From NCBI GenBank assembly GCA_028694645.1, contig JAQVKM010000004.1, forward strand, positions 79,365-143,364: DNA of 64,000 bases, given 5' to 3'. The notes below the pieces were generated by a model, which did no database searches, was not told where the DNA came from, and was given only the letters and a program-made list of their open reading frames with translations. Below, piece by piece: positions 19,476 to 29,468 of the stretch (its first letter is position 1; each line of letters opens with the position of its first letter). The stretch is from Bacilli bacterium (lineage in GTDB: Bacteria > Bacillota_I > Bacilli_A > RF39 > UBA660). The translations under genes were made by a program, and so were the position numbers.

Positions 19476-19551
19476 TGCCTCGTAGCCAAGTGGTAAGGCA
19501 CCACACTTTGACTGTGGCATTTCGCTAGTTCGAATCTAGCCGAGGCAGCCA
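19476..19551 (+). tRNA. tRNA-Gln(TTG)
   Basis: Anticodon loop CTTTGAC. CCA end. Confidence 0.85.
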
Positions 19552-19576
19552 TTTTGAAATATTTAAATAATAATAT

Positions 19577-19652
19577 GTCTCGTTAGCTCAGCCGGTAGAG
19601 CATCTGACTTTTAATCAGAGGGTCGTGAGTTCGAATCTCGCACGAGACACCA
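19577..19652 (+). tRNA. tRNA-Lys(TTT)
   Basis: Anticodon loop CTTTTAA. CCA end. Confidence 0.9.
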
Positions 19653-19655
19653 GAT

Positions 19656-19744
19656 GCCTGAGTGGCGAAATTGGTAGACGCACAGGACTTAAAATCCTGC
19701 GAGAGTCAAATCTCGTGCCGGTTCAAGTCCGGCCTTAGGCACCA
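19656..19744 (+). tRNA. tRNA-Leu(TAA)
   Basis: Anticodon loop CTTAAAA. Long variable arm. CCA end. Confidence 0.9.
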
Positions 19745-19756
19745 ATATGAATATAA

Positions 19757-19778
19757 TCGAACAAATATGTTCGGTTTT
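19757..19778 (+). terminator. terminator after first tRNA block
   Basis: CGAACAaatatgTTCG stem followed by GTTTT. Confidence 0.5.
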
Positions 19779-19832
19779 ATTTTGTTAATTTTAATAATGA
19801 ATAAAAAAAATATAAAAAATTAATAAAATCTA

Positions 19833-19861
19833 TTGAAAATATATAAAATAACTGATATAAT
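19833..19861 (+). promoter_or_regulatory. promoter TTGAAA-17-TATAAT (extended TGn) for second tRNA block
   Basis: Consensus hexamers ~45 nt upstream of tRNA-Ser. Confidence 0.55.
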
Positions 19862-19908
19862 CATATACGTACTCGTAAATCTTTATATTTTCGAGATTAC
19901 AATTATAT

Positions 19909-19997
19909 GGAGAAATACCCAAGTGGTTGAAGGGTCCGGTCTTGAAAACCGGTAGGTCGGAAACGGCGCTAGGGTTCGAATCCCTATTTCTCCGCCA
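19909..19997 (+). tRNA. tRNA-Ser(TGA)
   Basis: Anticodon loop CTTGAAA. Long variable arm. CCA end. Confidence 0.9.
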
Positions 19998-20005
19998 TCT
20001 AATAT

Positions 20006-20082
<77 letters not shown>

Positions 20083-20085
20083 AAT

Positions 20086-20161
20086 GGTCCCGTAGTGTAG
20101 CGGTTATCACGTCTGCCTGTCACGCAGAAGATCGCGAGTTCGATTCTCGTCGGGACCGCCA
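20086..20161 (+). tRNA. tRNA-Asp(GTC)
   Basis: Anticodon loop CTGTCAC. CCA end. Confidence 0.9.
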
Positions 20162-20170
20162 TTTATTTTT

Positions 20171-20246
20171 GGCTCTGTAGCTCAGTCGGTAGAGCAAGGG
20201 ACTGAAAATCCCTGTGTCGATGGTTCGATTCCATTCGGAGCCACCA
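20171..20246 (+). tRNA. tRNA-Phe(GAA)
   Basis: Anticodon loop CTGAAAA. CCA end. Confidence 0.9.
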
Positions 20247-20357
20247 TTTTATAAGAAAAGAACAATAAGTTCACTAAAAATATATTAAATAAGATTCCAA
20301 TAATGATTGTTGGTTTTTTTATTAAAAAAAATAAATTTAGAAAATTTTAAAAAAATA

Positions 20358-20386
20358 TTGCTAAAACAATAATATTGTGGTAATAT
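20358..20386 (+). promoter_or_regulatory. promoter TTGCTA-17-TAATAT with extended TG for tRNA-Arg/Pro
   Basis: Hexamers at the correct spacing ~40 nt upstream of tRNA-Arg. Confidence 0.5.
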
Positions 20387-20426
20387 TATACTTGTATTTG
20401 TTGAGTTTTCTCAACAATAAAGTATC

Positions 20427-20503
20427 GCGCTCGTAGCTCAGCTGGATAGAGTGTTTGGCTACGAACCAAAAGGTCAGGGGTTCGAATCCCTTCGAGCGCA
20501 CCA
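20427..20503 (+). tRNA. tRNA-Arg(ACG)
   Basis: Anticodon loop CTACGAA. CCA end. Confidence 0.9.
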
Positions 20504-20514
20504 TAATAATTTTT

Positions 20515-20591
20515 CGGGATGTGGCTCAACTTGGTAGAGCACTTGGTTTGGGACCAAGGGGTTGCAGGTTCAAATCCTGTCATCCCGACCA
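20515..20591 (+). tRNA. tRNA-Pro(TGG)
   Basis: Anticodon loop TTTGGGA. CCA end. Confidence 0.9.
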
Positions 20592-20601
20592 TTTAAAATT
20601 T

Positions 20602-20627
20602 AACTCTTATAAAATAAGAGTTTTTTG
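20602..20627 (+). terminator. rho-independent terminator after tRNA-Pro
   Basis: ACTCTTATaaaaATAAGAGT stem followed by T6. Confidence 0.7.
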
Positions 20628-20797
20628 ATGCTACAAAAAAAAAGTTTTTCTTAAAATGATCTTAATTTTTTTGAATTTTACAAAGGTTGAAGAGACAAGA
20701 AGTAATTAATGAAGATTTTACAAAAATATAGAATTATATACATTTTTTAAATATAATGTTATAATAAAAATTATTTCATGGAGTGATGCCATGAGAA

Positions 20798-20823
20798 ATT
20801 ATTATTATTATTATTATTATTAT
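20798..20823. repeat. (ATT)8 trinucleotide microsatellite
   Basis: Perfect ATT x8 in an otherwise ORF-free intergenic region. Confidence 0.9.
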
Positions 20824-20937
20824 GAATATAAAGTTATTGAAATATGGTGATATATTTTTAAATTCAAAAAAATGTGATGTGATTTGGCAATCATTATAAT
20901 AAAGATAATAAACTTTCATTCACTAAGAAAGGATAAT

Positions 20938-21414
20938 ATGATTAATATGACATATGACGAAGACGAGTTTTTACTTACCACTGAAGACAATGAATTTTTA
21001 ATAAAGAGAATAATTGAAATAGTTGATTTAAATAAACAAAGTGATGACTGTGTAACAATATTTTGTCATTACATTGATTGTAACATTGAAATATATTATG
21101 ATGGGTATATTTTAGATGGGTATATTTTCTTTATTGAAATTTGTAATCATAAGCAACCGTTATTAAAAAGATGCGTGAAATTTGCAAATAAATCTGAGAT
21201 GATAGCCTTAGCAGTTTTAATTTATGATAAATTTAAAGAAAATTTTGGAGAAGCTGGTTTTAGTTACAGAGATGATTCAATTGGCAGATGTTTTGCTTCT
21301 GGAAGTGTAAATTTTGATTTAGAAAAAGGTACTGGAATAAACTATGTTTGTTATGGAATAGATTATTGTGAATTTGTTAAAACAAATACAAAAGTTAAAT
21401 ATTTTATCAAATAA
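20938..21414 (+). CDS. hypothetical Cys-containing protein (upstream partner of radical SAM gene)
   Basis: AAAGGA RBS before the ATG at 20938 (the ORF track extends to 20884). ~158 aa with 8 Cys. No recognisable domain. Confidence 0.5.
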   Translation: MINMTYDEDEFLLTTEDNEFLIKRIIEIVDLNKQSDDCVTIFCHYIDCNIEIYYDGYILDGYIFFIEICNHKQPLLKRCVKFANKSEMIALAVLIYDKFKENFGEAGFSYRDDSIGRCFASGSVNFDLEKGTGINYVCYGIDYCEFVKTNTKVKYFIK

Positions 21415-21434
21415 ATATTACATATGGAGGATAT

Positions 21435-22268
21435 ATGAATAAAGAAATAATTAGTATATGCTATGAATTGAATAAAGAATGTAATCTTAAATGTGATTAC
21501 TGTATTACAAGTGATAATGAAAATAAACAAGTAGATTATAAATTAATTATAAAATATATTGTATCTTTAAATCCTAAGCGAATAGTAATATCTGGGGGTG
21601 AACCATTTCTTGATCCAGATTTAATAAAAAAATTAACAATTATTAGAAATTTATGTCCAGATACTTATATTTCATTGAGTACAAATGGGACAATAGATTA
21701 TAATTATAAATTAATAGCAAATATTGTAGATTGTGTTGATGTTAGTATACCAAGTTTATGCTCAGAAACTTACAAATTAATGAGAGGTAAAAATTTAATA
21801 TTAAATGTAAAACAAAATCTAGAAAAATTAAAAACAAATAGTTTTGATTTAAGATTAAGTTTTATGTTAACAAAAGTTAATAAACACGAGGTTCTAGATT
21901 TTTTAGATTATGCTAAAAATTTAGGAGTAGAAGAAGTTAGGATTGGAAGATATTTTCCTTTTCGTGGCGGAAATAAAAATTCAGCTAAATATGAGTTAAC
22001 ATCAGAAGAGATAGATGAAGTTATAAGTAATATTGATATTAAATTATATCCATTTAAAATAGTTTTCCCAATAGGTAATTTACAAATAATGAGTGATAGT
22101 TATCTTACTATTAACCATTTAGGTCAAGTTTCAACGCCTAAAAATGATGGAAAAAATATATTACTTAATTTAGATGAGAATATTTCATTCGATTCAAATT
22201 TAGATATAGGAAATCAAAGTGATATTTTTAAAAAAGTAAAGCTTAAAGAAAATAAGCAAAATAAATAA
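21435..22268 (+). CDS. radical SAM protein (single CxxxCxxC cluster, no SPASM extension)
   Basis: CNLKCDYC at residues 16-23 and ISGGEPFL at 53-60. 277 aa. Confidence 0.8.
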   Translation: MNKEIISICYELNKECNLKCDYCITSDNENKQVDYKLIIKYIVSLNPKRIVISGGEPFLDPDLIKKLTIIRNLCPDTYISLSTNGTIDYNYKLIANIVDCVDVSIPSLCSETYKLMRGKNLILNVKQNLEKLKTNSFDLRLSFMLTKVNKHEVLDFLDYAKNLGVEEVRIGRYFPFRGGNKNSAKYELTSEEIDEVISNIDIKLYPFKIVFPIGNLQIMSDSYLTINHLGQVSTPKNDGKNILLNLDENISFDSNLDIGNQSDIFKKVKLKENKQNK

Positions 22269-22413
22269 TAATTCAATAAAATATTATAAAAACATTATAT
22301 ACTTTTAAGGCTAGTATATAATGTTTTTTTGTTAATTGTCTAAACTCAACTAATAGTTTGTTGCTTTTTTAATTTAGTTAATTATATAATTATGATAATA
22401 GGAGGAAAAAAAT

Positions 22414-23328
22414 ATGGATTATCAAAAGATAGGAACATTAATTTCAAATTTACGAAAAGAAAAAGGATTCACCCAAAAAGAATTAGCAGATAAATTAGGA
22501 ATAACAGATCGTGCGGTTTCAAAGTGGGAAAGGGGACATGGATGTCCAGATGTCTCATTATTAGATGATTTATCAAGAATATTAGATATTTCTATAATTG
22601 AAATATTAAAAGGCAGAAAATTAGATACAGATGAATTAGTAAATAATAAAGATTTGATTGAATCAATGAATTATTCTAAAGAAAGTTTTAAAAACAGAAT
22701 AAGAAAATATGTTAATATAGCTGCAATATTTATAATAATATTTATAATATTGTCTCAAATATTTTATATGGCAAAAAGTTTTTATTATCTTAATATAAAA
22801 TATCCTAAAAGTTTTGATAGTGAGCAAATTCTAAATCAAGTAGAAGAATTTAATAAAAACATTAGTATAATTAAAGCAAATCAAGGTATTTTTAATGATG
22901 AAGAATATAATAAAATTTTAGATTATATATCAAAATTAGAAAAGAGAGAAAATCTTGAAAATAATGATTTTTATATTAATAAAACAAAATTTTCATATTT
23001 AGAAATAATTGAATTTTATCGTTTACATGATATAGGCATTAATTATACTTATTATTTTTATCAATCTGAATTTGATGATTCAATTTATGCCATTTTAAGT
23101 AAACATGATATTAGCAAAATACCAAATATAATTGATTATTATAATCGCTTCAATCAATTGCGCTCTGGTTATGAATTGCTTTTTGAACAAATAACAGTTC
23201 CATATTATAATAATAAAACTATACAATACTATTTTATGGATAGTATGTATATGTCAATTTTTTATGAATATTATAATGATAATATTTTGTTAAATGACAT
23301 AATAGAAGTTGGTGGTATAAGTGAATAA
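22414..23328 (+). CDS. XRE-family HTH transcriptional regulator with transmembrane segment and C-terminal domain
   Basis: N-term LISNLRKEKGFTQKELADKLGITDRAVSKWERG is a Cro/C1 HTH. A hydrophobic segment IAAIFIIIFIILSQIF follows. Confidence 0.75.
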   Translation: MDYQKIGTLISNLRKEKGFTQKELADKLGITDRAVSKWERGHGCPDVSLLDDLSRILDISIIEILKGRKLDTDELVNNKDLIESMNYSKESFKNRIRKYVNIAAIFIIIFIILSQIFYMAKSFYYLNIKYPKSFDSEQILNQVEEFNKNISIIKANQGIFNDEEYNKILDYISKLEKRENLENNDFYINKTKFSYLEIIEFYRLHDIGINYTYYFYQSEFDDSIYAILSKHDISKIPNIIDYYNRFNQLRSGYELLFEQITVPYYNNKTIQYYFMDSMYMSIFYEYYNDNILLNDIIEVGGISE

Positions 23329-23914
23329 ACGAGGAATATTAAAATTTGTCTTATTATTATTTTCCTCATTTGCAACTTTTAAATTTCTTATGAATGCAGA
23401 TGAAACAGGTTTTATAACTGTAAATGGGCACTTGTTATTTATTGGATTTGTTGTTGCTGGGACTATATTTATGTATTGTAAAAAGAATAAAATAAAGAAA
23501 TTTAAATTTGTATATGATGTTGTATTAATGTTAATGATGTTATTTGTTGGTTTATTCATTGCATACTTTATATATGCAAATATAGTTACCTTTTTTAATC
23601 CATCATATGAAATGGAATTTAATATATTTTTAATCGAAATATATCCAGTAATACTTTGGTTAATAATTTTATTTAGCATTGAAGATATTTTTAAAAAAAC
23701 CAATAAAACTAATGATTATTTAACAATTGCAATTTCAATTACAATAATAATATTAATTTTAAGATATTATATTGATCCAACAATGCCTCATAATGTTGAA
23801 AGTACAAGCTTATTTTCTAGTTGTGCTTACGAATATATGATACAAAATTTACCTTCCTTTATAATCATGTATATATTACTTTTAATTCACCATGCAATTA
23901 ACAAAGAAAAATAA
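23321..23914 (+). CDS. polytopic membrane protein, hypothetical
   Basis: Overlaps the previous gene by 8 nt. 5-6 hydrophobic helices. Confidence 0.5.
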   Translation: MNKRGILKFVLLLFSSFATFKFLMNADETGFITVNGHLLFIGFVVAGTIFMYCKKNKIKKFKFVYDVVLMLMMLFVGLFIAYFIYANIVTFFNPSYEMEFNIFLIEIYPVILWLIILFSIEDIFKKTNKTNDYLTIAISITIIILILRYYIDPTMPHNVESTSLFSSCAYEYMIQNLPSFIIMYILLLIHHAINKEK

Positions 23915-23980
23915 AATAATAATTTTACTTAATCGAAAAAAAGATGTATAATTAAATTACTTAGTAGATAGGAGGATATT

Positions 23981-24361
23981 ATGAAACTATATAGATGTAA
24001 TATTTGTGGAAACATAGTAGTAAAAATTGTTAATGGCGGAGGAAAACTTGTTTGTTGCAATGAACCTATGGAAGAACTAGTTCCAAAAACACAAGATATG
24101 GGAACAGAAAAACATTTGCCAGTAGCGACTATGGAAGATGGGAAATTAAATATTAAAGTTGGTAGTATTGAACATCCAATGGAGGAAAATCATTTTATTG
24201 AATTTATAGCAGTATATTATAATAATAAATATCAAATTAAAAAATTAAATTATACTGATAAACCAGAATGTACATTTATTATTGAGGAAGATGTAAGTGA
24301 GATAGAAATTTATGAGTATTGCAATATTCATGGATTATGGAAAACAGTAATAAATAAATAA
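23981..24361 (+). CDS. dfx: desulfoferrodoxin (superoxide reductase, 2Fe-SOR)
   Basis: 126 aa. N-terminal desulforedoxin-like YRCNICGNIV...CC. C-terminal neelaredoxin-like EKHLPV...H...C..H. Confidence 0.85.
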   Translation: MKLYRCNICGNIVVKIVNGGGKLVCCNEPMEELVPKTQDMGTEKHLPVATMEDGKLNIKVGSIEHPMEENHFIEFIAVYYNNKYQIKKLNYTDKPECTFIIEEDVSEIEIYEYCNIHGLWKTVINK

Positions 24362-24387
24362 AAGAAAGGCAAGCCTTTCTTTTTTTG
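24362..24387. terminator. bidirectional terminator between convergent genes
   Basis: AAAGAAAGGCaagcCTTTCTTT stem with a T-run. Confidence 0.6.
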
Positions 24388-24388
24388 A

Positions 24389-24649
24389 TTATTTTAATTT
24401 TGAGGCTAAGAATTTTTCAAAAGCAGGAAGTCCATACTCATTATTATAATAATTTGGGAATTCATTTAAATGAGCAAGAGCTATCTTTGCTGTTAGTAAT
24501 AAATTATCATTTGTTACATTTGTGTTTGGATTTATCAATCCATGTTCTAGTTCAATATTTATTCCGGTTAAAAAATCATTAATATTAAAATTATTAAAAT
24601 CAACATTTAAGATTTTAGAGATGTACAGAACATCATCTAAATTATACAT
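24389..24649 (-). CDS. small hypothetical protein
   Basis: 86-aa ORF convergent with dfx. No clear motif. Confidence 0.4.
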   Translation of the reverse strand: MYNLDDVLYISKILNVDFNNFNINDFLTGINIELEHGLINPNTNVTNDNLLLTAKIALAHLNEFPNYYNNEYGLPAFEKFLASKLK

Positions 24650-24746
24650 ATAATCACCATTACATTATATGAAAATTGAACATATAAATGAAAAAATAAT
24701 GATGTTAAATTTATTTAAAAAGTGTTATAATTGATATGGTGATAAT

Positions 24747-25253
24747 ATGGAAAATAGAAAAACAAAAAAAGAAATTGTAAAGATGCTTTTAAATCAAAAT
24801 ATTCAAGTTGAAAATGAAGATGAATTAATTGATTTATTACTTAATGAACATTTGGCTGTAGATGTTGATAAAGAAGATGAGGTAAATGCTAAATTAGGAG
24901 ATAAAGTATCAGATAAATTAACTTCTATGGCTGGAAGCTGGAGATTTATAATATGTTTTGGTTTATTTTTAGCTGTATGGATAATATTAAATATTACAGT
25001 ATTTGATAATGTTGATCCTTATCCATTCATTTTATTAAATTTATTATTATCTTGTTTAGCTGCCATTCAAGCCCCTGTAATAATGATGAGTCAAAATAGA
25101 CAATCAAAAAAAGATAGTTTAAGAAGCAGAAATGACTATAAGACTGACTTAAAAAGTGAATTAATTCTGGAAGAATTACATTATCAAATGGATGAAATTC
25201 TTGCTAATCAAAAGAAAATATTAAAAGAATTAGAAAAAAATAACATAAGCTAA
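24747..25253 (+). CDS. DUF1003 family membrane protein
   Basis: WRFIICFG...DPYPFILLNLLLS..AAIQAPVIMMSQNRQ fits the DUF1003 core. Confidence 0.6.
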   Translation: MENRKTKKEIVKMLLNQNIQVENEDELIDLLLNEHLAVDVDKEDEVNAKLGDKVSDKLTSMAGSWRFIICFGLFLAVWIILNITVFDNVDPYPFILLNLLLSCLAAIQAPVIMMSQNRQSKKDSLRSRNDYKTDLKSELILEELHYQMDEILANQKKILKELEKNNIS

Positions 25254-25305
25254 TGTTATTTTTTATTTAAAAAACATAAAATGAAATAAAAACACATATA
25301 TATCA

Positions 25306-25334
25306 TTGACTTTTACTGTATTTTTTTATATAAT
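25306..25334 (+). promoter_or_regulatory. promoter TTGACT-17-TATAAT for rplM-rpsI
   Basis: Consensus hexamers. Leaves a ~77-nt leader. Confidence 0.55.
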
Positions 25335-25419
25335 CTAAATTGGTACATTTTCTATATCCCACGAAATATGTGCTGGGAACACATGTTTCTGATATAAAAT
25401 ATAGAAAGGAAAATGTTTT

Positions 25420-25854
25420 ATGAAAAACACATATATGCAAAAAAAAGAAGAAATCGTACGTAATTGGTACGTAATTGATGCTGAAGGAAAAAATCTTGGT
25501 CGTGTAGCTTCAAAAGCAGCACACATCTTAAAAGGTAAACACAAACCAACATTTACACCACATATCGATTGTGGAGATAATATTATCATAATTAATGCCA
25601 AAAAAGTTAATTTAACTGGTAATAAGTTAGATGACAAAATTTATTATAATCATAGTGGATACACTGGTGGTTTAAGAGAAAGAACAGCAAGAGTTATGAG
25701 AGAAAGCTATCCAATCGAAATGATGGAAAGAGCTGTTAAAGGAATGCTTCCAAAAGGAAGATTAGGACGTCAAATGTACAAAAAATTATTTGTTTATGAA
25801 GGTAGTGAACATCCACACATAGCTCAAAAACCAATTGAGCTAAAGATGGATTAG
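25420..25854 (+). CDS. rplM: 50S ribosomal protein L13
   Basis: [17 protein letters not shown]...[11 protein letters not shown] is typical of L13. Confidence 0.9.
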   Translation: MKNTYMQKKEEIVRNWYVIDAEGKNLGRVASKAAHILKGKHKPTFTPHIDCGDNIIIINAKKVNLTGNKLDDKIYYNHSGYTGGLRERTARVMRESYPIEMMERAVKGMLPKGRLGRQMYKKLFVYEGSEHPHIAQKPIELKMD

Positions 25855-25864
25855 GAGGTTTTGA

Positions 25865-26275
25865 ATGAAAAAATTATTTATTGGAACAGGTAGAAGAAAA
25901 TCATCTGTAGCACAAGTAAAAATGACATCAGGAAAAGGTATCATTACTGTTAATGGTAGAGATGTTAAAGACTTCTTCCCATATGAATTAAATATTATGA
26001 ATTTAAAACAACCATTAGTAGCAACTAATAATGAAAATACATTTGATATTACAGTTAAAGTAAATGGTGGAGGATTTTCTGGACAAACTGAAGCTATTCG
26101 TTTAGGTATAACTAGAGCTTTATTACAATATGATGAAGCAAACGAAGGTAGTGAAAATAGTTACAGAACAATTCTTAAAAGAGCAGGATTTGTAACTAGA
26201 GATTCTAGAAGCAAAGAACGTAAAAAACCAGGACTTAAAGCAGCACGTAGAGCACCACAATTCAGTAAAAGATAA
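25865..26275 (+). CDS. rpsI: 30S ribosomal protein S9
   Basis: C-terminus [17 protein letters not shown]. Confidence 0.9.
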   Translation: MKKLFIGTGRRKSSVAQVKMTSGKGIITVNGRDVKDFFPYELNIMNLKQPLVATNNENTFDITVKVNGGGFSGQTEAIRLGITRALLQYDEANEGSENSYRTILKRAGFVTRDSRSKERKKPGLKAARRAPQFSKR

Positions 26276-26286
26276 TATGCATATAG

Positions 26287-26310
26287 AGCTAGATTTATTT
26301 CTAGCTTTTT
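26287..26310 (+). terminator. rho-independent terminator after rpsI
   Basis: AGCTAGAtttatTTCTAGCT stem followed by TTTT. Confidence 0.65.
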
Positions 26311-26375
26311 CTTTGTTTTATAAATATTTAGTTTATTAATATTCATATATTTGATATAATGTTAATGGTGATTTT

Positions 26376-27248
26376 ATGAAAAAAAGTAATAATTGGACAG
26401 ATTATAAAATATTAGATGCAGGTAACGGAGAAAAAATAGAAAGCTGGAATGGGATAATTTTAAGAAGACCTGATCCACAAGCTATATGGCCTGTCAATAA
26501 AACAAATATATGGAATAAATATGATGGATTTTATCATCGTAGTAATAAAGGTGGAGGAAACTGGGAATTTAATAAAAAATTACCTGAATATTGGACAGTA
26601 AAATATAATGATTTAGTTTTAAAAGTTAGCCCAACAAATTTTAAACACACAGGGTTATTTCCAGAACAAGCGGCAAATTGGGATTATATGATGGAAAAGA
26701 TAAAACAAGCAAATAGACCAATTAAAGTTTTAAATTTATTTGCATATACAGGGGCTGCTACAATGGCATGTTCAAGTGCAGGTGCAGAAGAAGTTATTCA
26801 CGTGGATGCAGCTAAAGGTATGGTTGATTGGGCAAAAGAAAATATGCATTTATCTAACTTAAATAATAATAAAATAAGATTTATTGTAGATGATTGTTTG
26901 AAATTTGTTTTGCGTGAAAAAAGAAGAGGAAATAAATATGATGCTATCATAATGGATCCTCCATCATTTGGAAGAGGACCTTCTGGTGAAATTTGGAAAT
27001 TTGAAGAAAGAATTTGTGAACTTATAGAAGCATGTTTAGATATATTAAGTGATAATCCTTTATTTTTCACCGTTAACGCATATACAACAGGAATATCAAA
27101 AACAGTTTTGGAAAATATACTAAAATTAACAGTATTAGAAAAATATCCAAATGGAAAAATTGAAGGTGATGAAATTGGATTGCCAATTGAAAATAACAAT
27201 TTGATATTACCATGTGGAATATATGCTAGATGGGATTCAAATAATTAA
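26376..27248 (+). CDS. class I SAM-dependent RNA methyltransferase (RlmI/YwbD-like)
   Basis: SAM-binding LFAYTGAATMA and the DPPSF motif. Confidence 0.6.
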   Translation: MKKSNNWTDYKILDAGNGEKIESWNGIILRRPDPQAIWPVNKTNIWNKYDGFYHRSNKGGGNWEFNKKLPEYWTVKYNDLVLKVSPTNFKHTGLFPEQAANWDYMMEKIKQANRPIKVLNLFAYTGAATMACSSAGAEEVIHVDAAKGMVDWAKENMHLSNLNNNKIRFIVDDCLKFVLREKRRGNKYDAIIMDPPSFGRGPSGEIWKFEERICELIEACLDILSDNPLFFTVNAYTTGISKTVLENILKLTVLEKYPNGKIEGDEIGLPIENNNLILPCGIYARWDSNN

Positions 27249-27326
27249 ATCAGCTACTAAATGTAGTTTTTTTATTTGTAAACAAAACCTTATCATGCTA
27301 TAATTATTTAAACAGGGGGATTAGTT

Positions 27327-27929
27327 ATGAATGAGTATATTAATATAATGGAAAAACAATTTATAGAATCAGGTTCAAAAGACGATTTTTCCAATTGGCT
27401 TAAAAAAATAGAAATAAATCTAGAAAGATATTATGTATTACTTAAATATATGGATTTGGATTTTGCTAAATCAATTATCGAACTTAATAAGGGTTCATAT
27501 AATAATCTTGCAAAGGTAATTGAAAAAAATAAAAAAATCATTGAAATAAGTCCATATGCAGATACAATTTCAAGCAGAAGAGCTATTCCAATTAAGGGGA
27601 AAATTATTGTTAATGAAATACCATCAATTATATCTATGAAAAATGAAAAAATAGATTTTATTATAAAAAACGAAATTTATTTAATGAATCTACCATTATC
27701 AATGGGTGAAAAAATAACAATTGAGGCTTTAATTGCATTTAAAAAAGATTTATATGTAGGTATATATGGATCAAATGATGATATAAATAAACAAATAAAA
27801 CTTAAAAAATTAAATGATTTAAAAGTAAGAATAAATTCTTTTAACTCAAATTTGGAAATAAAAGAAGAAAATATCTCAATCTATGATAGTTATACAAGTA
27901 TTATAAAAATAAAATCTAAAATACAATAA
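27327..27929 (+). CDS. hypothetical protein
   Basis: 200-aa ORF with GGGGGA RBS. No motif recognised. Confidence 0.45.
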   Translation: MNEYINIMEKQFIESGSKDDFSNWLKKIEINLERYYVLLKYMDLDFAKSIIELNKGSYNNLAKVIEKNKKIIEISPYADTISSRRAIPIKGKIIVNEIPSIISMKNEKIDFIIKNEIYLMNLPLSMGEKITIEALIAFKKDLYVGIYGSNDDINKQIKLKKLNDLKVRINSFNSNLEIKEENISIYDSYTSIIKIKSKIQ

Positions 27930-27986
27930 AAGATATATATCTTTTTTTATATTTATTAAATTTTAACATATAATTAATTAGGTGAT

Positions 27987-28652
27987 TTGATGCATAAATA
28001 TCAATTAACTGTTATTATAGTTTTTTTTATATTACTATATTCAACTAGTTATGTATATGCTAAAACAAGACAATTAGAGTTGCTTGGAAAAGTTATTTAC
28101 ATCGATTGTGGACATGGTGGAAGTGATCCTGGAGCAATGTATAAAGATATAATGGAAAAAGATATTAATCTCAAAATCGGTCAAAACTTAGAAAAAAAAT
28201 TAACAGAATTAGGTGCAATAGTTTATATGACAAGATATGGTGATTATGATTTATCAGTTACATATACAAATAATAACAAAAGAAGTGATTTATCAAGAAG
28301 AGCAAATTTAATAAATAGTTCTAAGGCAGATATGTTTATATCCATACATCTTAATGCTGAAAATACAGGACTATGGAAAGGGTCGCAAGTTTTTTATAAT
28401 AATAAAAATAAAAAAAATGAACTTTTAGCTCAAATTTTTCAAAATAATTTTAAAAAAATATTACATAGTAAAAGAAAATCAAAAATAAATAATGATTTGT
28501 ATTTGCTAAAACGAATAAAGCAACCAGGTATACTTCTAGAACTAGGGTTCTTAAGTAATGGAAATGATCGTTACTTATTAAAACAAGCTACTTATCAAGA
28601 TAAAATAGTTAATACAATAATATTAGGAATTAAACAATTTTTTGAATTATAA
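27987..28652 (+). CDS. cwlD: N-acetylmuramoyl-L-alanine amidase, CwlD-type (germination-specific)
   Basis: N-terminal TM, then VIYIDCGHGGSDPGA and ADMFISIHLNA (Amidase_3). Confidence 0.75.
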   Translation: MMHKYQLTVIIVFFILLYSTSYVYAKTRQLELLGKVIYIDCGHGGSDPGAMYKDIMEKDINLKIGQNLEKKLTELGAIVYMTRYGDYDLSVTYTNNNKRSDLSRRANLINSSKADMFISIHLNAENTGLWKGSQVFYNNKNKKNELLAQIFQNNFKKILHSKRKSKINNDLYLLKRIKQPGILLELGFLSNGNDRYLLKQATYQDKIVNTIILGIKQFFEL

Positions 28653-29306
28653 TACTTTATCACAAGATTCAACTTCTTTGTTTAATTCATTTGTTAATGA
28701 AAACTTCTTATTCAAAATTTCTTTTTTAAAATATTCATATTCTTTTTGAATACCAATAGTATATCCTTTTAATCTATTTAAAATAGTATTATTTAAATCA
28801 AATTCATTAAAATTTGGTTTATAATTATTATATTCTTCAAAATTAACTCTTCTATAAATAAAATTTCCTTTTTCTTTATATAAGCATAAATATACAACTT
28901 CTATTTGCTTGTCATTTATTTTTAAATTACCATTATAAATGATTGATTCATCATTTTTATTTCTAAAGTCAAATTGAGCTAAATCATCATATGTAGGGTT
29001 AATTTTTAATGCAACAAGACGTGTTTGAAAATCTAAATTAATGCATAAATCTTCAATAGAAGGAACTCCAGCAAAGAAAAACGTTTTTCTTTGACCATAA
29101 GATTTAAATACACCTGAACTTTTAAGATGCCCTGATTCCATTATTTTTTCGATATTATTTATATTTGTTATATGATATAGTCCTTCGTTAAAACATTTTA
29201 AAAAAAGGTCGTGATTATCCAATATTTTTTTGTGACTCATTTTTGTTAAATAAATAATTGGAGACATAACAATAGCCCCAATAAGTTTGTTACCTTCAAT
29301 ATCCAT
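28647..29306 (-). CDS. hypothetical protein (divergent neighbour of Abi gene)
   Basis: 219-aa ORF. No motif recognised. Confidence 0.45.
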   Translation of the reverse strand: MDIEGNKLIGAIVMSPIIYLTKMSHKKILDNHDLFLKCFNEGLYHITNINNIEKIMESGHLKSSGVFKSYGQRKTFFFAGVPSIEDLCINLDFQTRLVALKINPTYDDLAQFDFRNKNDESIIYNGNLKINDKQIEVVYLCLYKEKGNFIYRRVNFEEYNNYKPNFNEFDLNNTILNRLKGYTIGIQKEYEYFKKEILNKKFSLTNELNKEVESCDKVL

Positions 29307-29468
29307 AATTTACACACAATCTAATTATTATACAATAGTGAATTAGAATCCTTTCAACTTAAATTATTATTTTATATCAATTTTATTATAACATAATAGT
29401 TAATATTTATTAAAAATATTTCTAATTTTAAAGCGATATATGTTATAATTGATACAATAGGTGATAAT

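Noticed and set aside
20386-20592. 68-aa minus-strand ORF
   Set aside because: It is entirely antisense to tRNA-Arg and tRNA-Pro.
23981-24361. Rubredoxin call for the small Cys protein
   Set aside because: A second neelaredoxin-type domain with His ligands makes it a desulfoferrodoxin, not a plain rubredoxin.
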